Assembly (NCBI GenBank): GCA_020184695.1
Contig: JAANOX010000085.1
Span: 372,001 to 436,000 of the forward strand
Length of the DNA stretch: 64,000 nucleotides
DNA from: Histomonas meleagridis 2922-C6/04-290x
Lineage: Eukaryota > Protista > Parabasalia
Direction: 5' to 3'
This document shows positions 56,360-64,000 of this stretch, piece by piece (the first letter of the stretch is position 1; every line of letters begins with the position of its first letter). The translations under genes were made by a program, and so were the position numbers. The notes under the pieces are model-generated. The model saw only the letters and a list, made by a program, of their open reading frames with translations, made no database searches and was not told the DNA's origin.

Positions 56360-57706
56360 TTAATTTAATATATTAACATTTGTTCTGTGGATTGCGTTTT
56401 CTGTCTCTTCCTGTATTTCCTTTATTGTCTTTGTCACTCCTTCGTCCAGTGCCATTTGTATCAGCTTCGGCCTTTCGAATGGCGGCGGCATTGTCTGCGG
56501 CGGCTCGCTCTCGTCATACGGCTGCAAGTTCAAGTCGTTTGGCACATATCTTTTCGTTTCTTCGTCGAAGTGGAATGCCTGATATTGCCATTCGAGATTA
56601 TTCTGTTCGAAGAACTCGCGTTCTTTTCTTTGTTTCTCTTCGAGCGCATATTTATGATTTGTGGCATTAATGGTGTCATCTTTCTTGAGATATAATGAAA
56701 CATATTTCCAAAGATTTTGTGACTCATATTCACTTTGTTCTTCAAGTGGTGGCGCAACAATCTGAAGTGGAATAGAAAAACGAACATTAAATGGTATAAA
56801 GGTTTGTTGCTTACGTGAATCTTTCACACGCATGTGAGTTGACCAGCGACCCTCAAACGATATGGGACCGTTACGGGCAAAGGGTAATTCAGGGGTAAAA
56901 ATATAACCGTTAAATCTGTTGCCGCGCTTTTCAAAAATCCCTTTGGAAAGAAAGTTGATGATGGAAGTGACACCCGTTTGAATGCAGCGAATACGAACAG
57001 TACCAACAATTTCCATACGAAGTCGACCAAAAATTAAACCACAACCATACATATCAGGAAAATTAAACTCATAAGTTTCCCCTATTTTGGTTAACTCAAG
57101 GTTAACACGTGTATTCTCATGATCCATTTTGGCTGCAACAGAATTACCGAGAAATTGTGATCGCATTTCTGTATGACCCCAAACTATAACACCGCCTTTA
57201 CGATCACAATAATGAAAAGCAGAGATTGGCGGATGATGAGAAACTTGTTCTGCAATATATGTACCAATGATTTCATTATCTTGTGATATTAAAGCTGACC
57301 TAAACACCTCACCAAGAAGAGAATTGTATGGTTTTCGAGGTGCACGAGGTGAAAGATGGAAACCAGATACAATCCATGTGACTAGATGAAGACAACGAAG
57401 CATTGGATCAGGTTCTGTTTCAATTTGTCTTAGAATATCTGCATGAGCCATCCAATCTGTGAATCTTTGTATTGTTGATCGAGTTTCAAGAAAATAAGTA
57501 GGAAGATTAATACGTGATAAACTCATTCCAATATGAAGTTGCTTCATCAAATGCCACACAATGGACCACTTTTGAGGAGGAATTTCTTCTTCTTCGAAAT
57601 CATCAAGTTGATCAAATTGATCTAAATTGATGTCTGCTTCAGAGTTTTCCTTCTTCATTTTAAAACCGTTTTCAATCGAATAAAAATTGACAAATTCACA
57701 TTTCAT
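56360..57706 (-). CDS. Oxysterol-binding protein (OSBP/Kes1-like, ORD only)
   Basis: LSRINLPTYFLETRS, KPYNSLLGEVF, EQVSHHPPISAF, KYALEEKQRKER. Confidence 0.95.
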   Translation of the reverse strand: MKCEFVNFYSIENGFKMKKENSEADINLDQFDQLDDFEEEEIPPQKWSIVWHLMKQLHIGMSLSRINLPTYFLETRSTIQRFTDWMAHADILRQIETEPDPMLRCLHLVTWIVSGFHLSPRAPRKPYNSLLGEVFRSALISQDNEIIGTYIAEQVSHHPPISAFHYCDRKGGVIVWGHTEMRSQFLGNSVAAKMDHENTRVNLELTKIGETYEFNFPDMYGCGLIFGRLRMEIVGTVRIRCIQTGVTSIINFLSKGIFEKRGNRFNGYIFTPELPFARNGPISFEGRWSTHMRVKDSRKQQTFIPFNVRFSIPLQIVAPPLEEQSEYESQNLWKYVSLYLKKDDTINATNHKYALEEKQRKEREFFEQNNLEWQYQAFHFDEETKRYVPNDLNLQPYDESEPPQTMPPPFERPKLIQMALDEGVTKTIKEIQEETENAIHRTNVNILN

Positions 57707-58289
57707 AACTTTTGAATGGATTGAATAAACCTTTTTGTGAAGGGTGTTTAATAAAAATTGTTACTTGAGTGGCTACAAAGTGAATATAAAAAGAAGATTC
57801 AATAAGCATATAGAAATAATTGAATACTAAAGTCTGCGTTGGTCATTCCTATCAACTTTTTGATTTCGACTTTCAAAGAAATCGATCACATCGAGTTATT
57901 GGCTTGCTCCTTTGTGTTTTTGATTACTGAAGATTTTAACTATGAAGATCAATGATTTCATCATTTAAATACAGTTTTTATTTTGGAATTATTATTTAAT
58001 TAGTAGCTTACTAATTAGTTGAGTACTATGACATTTACCATTTTAAGCTTTTTGCTCTCTTTCAATGGGGTGTTTCAGCTAATCTAACTGATGATGCGTA
58101 ATTTTTCATTCATTTTCAAAATCCCATTTTCAACACTAATTATTTGTCTAGTATAATGTGTATCTAAAAGACACTGGTCTGTGATAGCAATAAAAGGGAA
58201 AAAGATGTTCAATTGAGGTTCAAAACTTTTTTATAAATAAAAGCATTTATGTAATATTTTGTAAATAACCTTTATTACCAAGGTTAAAG

Positions 58290-58824
58290 TAGACTCTTTC
58301 ATTGCCACCTGAAATTCTATAAATATGGAAGCATATATGCAAAAAAATGGCAACACATTTTTTGTAAAAATGACTACAAAAAAACACTATCGGGCGGTTA
58401 TTATCGTAATCACAAAAAGTTGTTATCATATAAAAGTGACTTTTTCCATTCGTTCGACTAACTTCGACATTTGACACAATAATTTATTTGTCAATATTTT
58501 TCTTTGCTTATTCAAATATGGTAACAAACTTAGTCAAATTTCGAAATCAGTGAAAAATCAAATTTTATTAGAAATTTTGAAAAATAACAATATTTCTACT
58601 ACTGCTGTGATATCAAGAGTTATCAAGAATCAAGCAAAACATTAATTTTATTATCAAAAGAAGAATGCAAAAAAGTCACTTTTATATGATAACAACTTTT
58701 GTGATTACGATAATAACCGCCCCGATAGAGTTTTTTTGTAGTCATTTTTACAAAAAATGTGTTGCCATTTTTTTGCATACTTGCTTCCATTTTAATAGAA
58801 TTTAAGTGGCAATGAAAGAGTTTA
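58290..58824. mobile_element. Foldback/MITE-like element with ~160-bp terminal inverted repeats
   Basis: 58290-58451 (TAGACTCTTTCATTGCCAC...) is the near-perfect reverse complement of 58663-58824; 211-nt non-coding core; no TSD identified. Confidence 0.8.
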
Positions 58825-59867
58825 AAACGTGCTTGTGTTCTTTTGAATATTAAATATAAGGCATATTATTAATTTTGTAATATTGAGTATATTATAAATC
58901 ATATTGTGTTAATCTTATAATATTGATTTTATGTTATTTATTTTTAATCTTATGATATTGAATATATGTTGTTGATTATATTGTGTCGATCTTATTATAT
59001 TGATTGCATGTTATTAATCATGTAATATTTATTATATGTAATCATATTGTCCATATTCAATGTGAGTATTTTTTATGAATTAGAGAATATGTTGATTTTT
59101 ACTGAGTTATAAACCATAAATATCTATGTTAACATTACTCATTTTTGTTGGAAAGCTCCACAACTATATGTAGATTTTATGAAATTTATTGAATGTGCAA
59201 ATAATTAAGTTCTATTTCATAAATGCAAAGTTCTATTGGTATATTGTGCTGTAAAAAAAATCTATTTTAAAATTATTATCACATTAATTTTAATTTCATT
59301 TTCCTACAATTTAACAATATAATCTTTTGTTGAATATAATCTCATAAAAGTAGTTGTTAATCAAAAACATATAAAATCTATTAAAATTATTACCAAAAAA
59401 TTCATATTTATTATGGTAAATTCTAAAAGTATATCATTTTAATATGCTTACTACAGATTCCAAGCAAGTTAAAGTTTTGCAAGTAACTTTCTTAAAATGG
59501 AAAATGAACTGTTTCTTTTTCTAAACGATGATGCAACTGATGAAATTCTTATTATATAAGAAAGAAATACCTTAAGAACAATTGTAGATGTAAAAATCAA
59601 TGAAATCAAATATATTCTTATAAAAATCCTGTATGATCTTTGTAATGTTGTTTCCAACAATTTTTTGTAGTTTTTCTTATAATACACTTTAAAATATTAT
59701 TGTGCTTATGTATTTAAGTTTTGCTTTGTGATTATATTTGTTAATAGGTAAAATCTATAATGTATATTGCGATTTTGATGATTTTCATATGTTTGAATGT
59801 TTATATCAACTTTTGTTTTGGTACAATTATTTCGATTGTTTTCTGCGGACATTTGATCTTTGAGTTG

Positions 59868-61456
59868 ATTTTGATTATTAGCAATACTCGCTTCATCTCT
59901 ATTTCTTGTTGTAAATGAAGGTTTAATGTTTATAGAAGAGGAATCTGAATTGGAATTTTCATTTGTACTTTTTCCAAGAAGTAAATTTACTATTTTTATG
60001 TAACCATTTTGTTGTGCAATTTGAATTGCAGTAAAATATTATTAAAACATATATAAAATTATAAAAATGAATATTTTTTGCATTAACATCAATTCCTTTA
60101 TCTAAAAGTAATTTTATTATTTCTATATTATTATTTCTAACTGCTATATGAAGTGCTGTTTCAAATTATTAAAACATATTCCAAATTATTAAAACATATT
60201 CCAAATTATTAAAACATGTTCCAAATTTTTCAAATGAATATATTTTGATTAACATCAATTCCTTTTTGTTCTAAAACATATTTCACAAGTTCAACATTTC
60301 CTGATTCTAAGGCAAATGGCAAAATATTTTTTGGAATTTGATTCTTTTGAAGGAAATATTTTACTAAATACAAATTTCCATTTCTTGCTGATTCGTTTAT
60401 ATTATCAGCATAAATATCAATTCCTTTTTCTGCCAAAAATGCTAAAATTTCATAATTATCTTTTTTAATACAAAAACTTACCAAATCTTTAGTTTTATCT
60501 TCAGACATTTTTGGTATTGATTGTATTTTTTCCAATTCATTTTCATAAATATATTTAAAGATATCATTTCGATGAAATTCAATTGCAGTTTCATATGCAC
60601 CTTCAAATGATGAATGATTCTGTATACACAAATGAATAATTTCTTCATTTCCACCTGCAACTGCATATTTACCTGTATTTGTTATATTTGAATTATTCAT
60701 AAGTAAATATTTGAAACATTTAATTGATCCAAAGAATGCTGCATAATCAATTAATGTAACATTTTCTTGATTAATGAATGAACACCTTTCATAAAGTGAT
60801 GGCTTTATTGTCTGATTAAAATCAAAGTTTGTTTGTGATGATATTTCTTGAAGTTTTTCTATTTCATCATTCCGAATTGTTTGCGCAATTTCATTTGGAT
60901 TAAAACCTTCTTTAATATACTTCTTATGGAGCTCCCAATCATTTTTCGAAAGTTCTTCATAATGATCTTTAAAGTACTTTTCTATTGGATCATTTCTATA
61001 TGCCATATGGTTTTGATTTTCTTTTTCTGTTTTATAATGAGCAAAATATCTCGATTTAATTTTTTTGGTGATATTTTTATCAATCAAATTTTGTTCAATT
61101 AGTTTCTCGATTAAATAATATGATTCTTGTGTGTTAATTTTAGATATACGTTTGATAAAAATTGGGGTTGGTTTAACAATATTTTGATTAATTTCTTCTT
61201 CTTTCGTTTGAAGTGTTTTTAAAAAATTTAAGTAAATATCAAATTCATGGTTTGATGATGAAAAAGCATTGTAAATGATGCTAATTTTAATGATATTAAA
61301 TGTGTAGGGAAAATTTGAATCAAAATATCCCAATACTTTTTAACTGAAACCTGAAAATTTTCTTCGGTTAAACTGAGTATCGTTTTCTCAAGCTCACTTA
61401 GGAATTTCAAGTAGGGTGATAAATTATTCAAATTTTTATCTTTTGTGCTTATGGCA
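59868..61456 (-). pseudogene. Third DUF3447-ankyrin paralog, frameshifted near 61337, with aberrant spacers
   Basis: N-terminus (MHAISTK...VSVKK) is out of frame with LGYFDSNFPY at an A5 run. ORF 60230-61333 followed by modules FETALHIAVRNN...NAKNI and YFTAIQIAQQNG...; spacers are 73 and 31 nt. Confidence 0.7.
60163..60226. repeat. 20-nt tandem repeat (AAATTATTAAAACATATTCC x3)
   Basis: Direct inspection; it makes up the first spacer of the third ankyrin locus. Confidence 0.9.
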
Positions 61457-62232
61457 TGCATGTGCTCTGGCGAAATCAAAGCCTTAAATAAAATTATGTA
61501 ATTTCTGAAGTTTACGATTATCACTTTTGACTTTTTGAGCGAAAACTGAAACCCGCAACGTTTAGGAAACAACGTATATTTGGGTGGTTACGAACCTGGT
61601 TTTGATGAGTGTTATTCAAATATGGCAATGATAGAGTAGCGGAAAAAACCCCTTTAAATCTAATAAATATATTTAGCATCAAAACTGTAAAGCAGAAATG
61701 CTTTGTAGCTCATTTTTGTCTAATTGCCAATTCATTCAAAGGTTGTTGATGTAAAAGTACTTGGCTCGAAATCCTGATTTGGATATTTTTTTTGCATTTT
61801 CGAAATATAAAATTATTAAAAACATGATATTTTTGGTTTTTTAGAATAAAATAATTAATTAATGGCATGCAATTAATAAAATATCCAATAGTAATTGTTT
61901 AAATTGATCTTTTTTGGTTCTTTAGCAAAACAGGGCACCTGGATGGGTCCCTTCGGTCCCTCAATTTTTACTTATTTTTTGCATTTTATCATGAAAAGAT
62001 TGTTTTATTAAACGATTTCCCATCTGATAAAAGAACTGAAAGTTTTAGAATCTGTGATCTTATTCTTATTTCGCAAGATTAAAAATTGAATAGACTAATA
62101 GAAAATATTCAGATATATGATGCTTTTTATTACTTTTTGTGAAATTTACTCCAGTTTTTCATAAAGGGACCCTTAAAGAAGTTTTTCCGGCTTAAAGGCA
62201 TTTTTACCGGTTCTCTAGCTTTAAAACACAGC

Positions 62233-62449
62233 AACAGACTTAGTCAAAATGGCAACGAACTTCGTTAACTTATATTTATTTCAAAACCCATTCAAACACG
62301 GCGGCCAAACTTAGTTAACCAAACGATAAGACATAAAAAATTGTTTGGTTTATTTTTAAAAAAATAGCATTTCTGAAGGAATTGTGATGTGAAAAATGAT
62401 TGTTGCCATATGGCAATATGGTACGATTGCCCCATGTTGAAAGAGTCTA
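62233..62449 (+). mobile_element. Dispersed repeat, homologous to 33596-33819
   Basis: Shared blocks and the terminal GAAAGAGTCTA, which is also the reverse complement of the left end of the 58290 element. Confidence 0.6.
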
Positions 62450-62646
62450 GATTAAAGCATATGTTCTTGTTTGTTTCTGTACTTAAAATAATGAATACTT
62501 ACATGTTAGATTTGGGAAGATTTGAAAAAATATTTTCAAGAAGTGACTTTAAATGATCATAAATAAAAACCGTTTATGATTATGCAAAAGAAAAGTGACA
62601 AAACTTTATAGCCATACTTTAGGGGTGGTCAGGTACACATTTTCCA

Positions 62647-63873
62647 ATGCCAGCTAAAATACCTATGATCCCAATCAAAAAAGATGCCGACGAACATTAT
62701 CGTTACAAAATGCCTAGAATAACAGCTAGACCTCAGTCATCAGGAAATGGAGCTAAGACATCAATTCTTAATGGTAAAGCAGTGGCCAAAGCTATCGGTC
62801 GACCAGTCAACTATCTTACACAATGGTTTGGCTATGCATTTGCAGTTCAAGCTAAACAACAACCCAAGCAAGATATCATTCTCTTAAACGGTAATCATTC
62901 AGAAGGCAAAAAATTGCTCAACTCTTTGTATGAGTTTATTGACAACTTTGTTCTTTGCCCTGTTTGTCAAAACCCTGAAACCACCTTTGAAAAGAAGAAT
63001 AATATGTTATTCCTCCATTGTCATTCATGTGGTAATGAATCTCCATGCCAAGCCAGCAAGTCAAGTGCTTACATCCAGAAGATGCACGATTGGATTCTCA
63101 GCCACATTACCGAAGAAACCAAAAATTCCAGTAATGTTACCACACAAATCAAGAAGAAAGGAGCTGAATCCAACGCGGACTTCCCTAAGGCCAATGGTCA
63201 AGGAGTTTATATTAATACTGAAGAATTGTCTGCAATATTGAAAACGTTAGAGCCGTCTCAAGATGACACCAATCGGAAAGCTACTGTAACTGAAGAAGAA
63301 GCCGATGAATTTTTCAAGCAGCTTACAGATCTTTGTAATTCCGATACACCAGATTCCGAAATATATCCAAAACTTTCCGCGTTCTCCACCAAAGCTGGTT
63401 ACAACAACTCGTCACGTCTTATGCTTACTTTCCAAGCTGTTTTCACTGGTCATGTCAAAGATATTCTTGATGTCATTTCAAAGCATCGCGATCTTTTAAT
63501 TCTTGTTACACTCGAGGAAACATCACAGCGTGAACTCTTGAGCATGATGAGCCAATACGTCACTAAGACACATCCTGAATTGATGTCATCTGCGCCCGTT
63601 ATATGGCATTCACTTTTTGATAACGAAATTGTCGAAGAAAGCGCACTCAAGACATGGCTCAAGAAGACATCGGCACGTTTCGAAAAGGATAAAGCAAAGG
63701 CATCGAGCTTGAGGAATGACGTTTTGAAGCAATTCTATCAATGGCTTGACACAGCTAAATATGAGGAAGTCGTGGAAGAAAAGAAAGACGAAGAAGAGAA
63801 AGAAGAGGATGAAAAGAAAGAAGAAACAAAGGAGAAAGAAGAAGAAGACGAAATTGATATCGATAGCATTTAA
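62647..63873 (+). CDS. EIF5: Eukaryotic translation initiation factor 5
   Basis: HYRYKMP...GNGAKT, zinc ribbon CPVCQNPET...CHSCG, C-terminal W2 domain (FYQWLDTAKYEE). Confidence 0.93.
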   Translation: MPAKIPMIPIKKDADEHYRYKMPRITARPQSSGNGAKTSILNGKAVAKAIGRPVNYLTQWFGYAFAVQAKQQPKQDIILLNGNHSEGKKLLNSLYEFIDNFVLCPVCQNPETTFEKKNNMLFLHCHSCGNESPCQASKSSAYIQKMHDWILSHITEETKNSSNVTTQIKKKGAESNADFPKANGQGVYINTEELSAILKTLEPSQDDTNRKATVTEEEADEFFKQLTDLCNSDTPDSEIYPKLSAFSTKAGYNNSSRLMLTFQAVFTGHVKDILDVISKHRDLLILVTLEETSQRELLSMMSQYVTKTHPELMSSAPVIWHSLFDNEIVEESALKTWLKKTSARFEKDKAKASSLRNDVLKQFYQWLDTAKYEEVVEEKKDEEEKEEDEKKEETKEKEEEDEIDIDSI

Positions 63874-64000
63874 TAAATTCTTTTAATATTAAATATCTTT
63901 TTGTGGTATTGAAAATATTATTTACACCAACGAAACAAAAAATAAAAAATTATATAACTTAAAAAACATCAAGCAAAGAATTGTCAAATTATAGTTATCG

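Noticed and set aside
61940-62175. GGGTCCCTT / AAGGGACCC inverted pair as ncRNA or transposon ends
   Set aside because: Only 9 bp, not extendable; no tRNA, snRNA or snoRNA hallmarks could be supported.

Overview
AT-rich eukaryotic nuclear DNA, most consistent with a parabasalid (trichomonad) protist: gene-dense, no canonical spliceosomal intron recognised, short 5' UTRs with Inr (TCAYT), AAAGTGAC and AACGGTT promoter motifs, BspA-like LRR and DUF3447-type ankyrin families, and bacterial-type enzymes (tryptophanase, oligopeptidase A, MTA/SAH nucleosidase). About 30 genes are supported, plus several frameshifted or decayed genes, an inverted-repeat (MITE-like) element with related dispersed copies, and short tandem repeats. 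The most striking structure is in two ankyrin genes (28038-30917 and 44877-46792, minus strand). Their C-terminal arrays are cut at the same point of every repeat into stop-free ankyrin modules separated by 13 AT-rich spacers. By hand count all 13 spacers are exactly 71 nt; they are divergent in sequence, break the frame, and lack conserved GT-AG ends. The Gly missing from each ankyrin hairpin has a candidate GGN codon at a fixed position inside the spacer. This suggests a non-canonical intron, micro-exon or recoding system. That interpretation is inference and needs transcript data.
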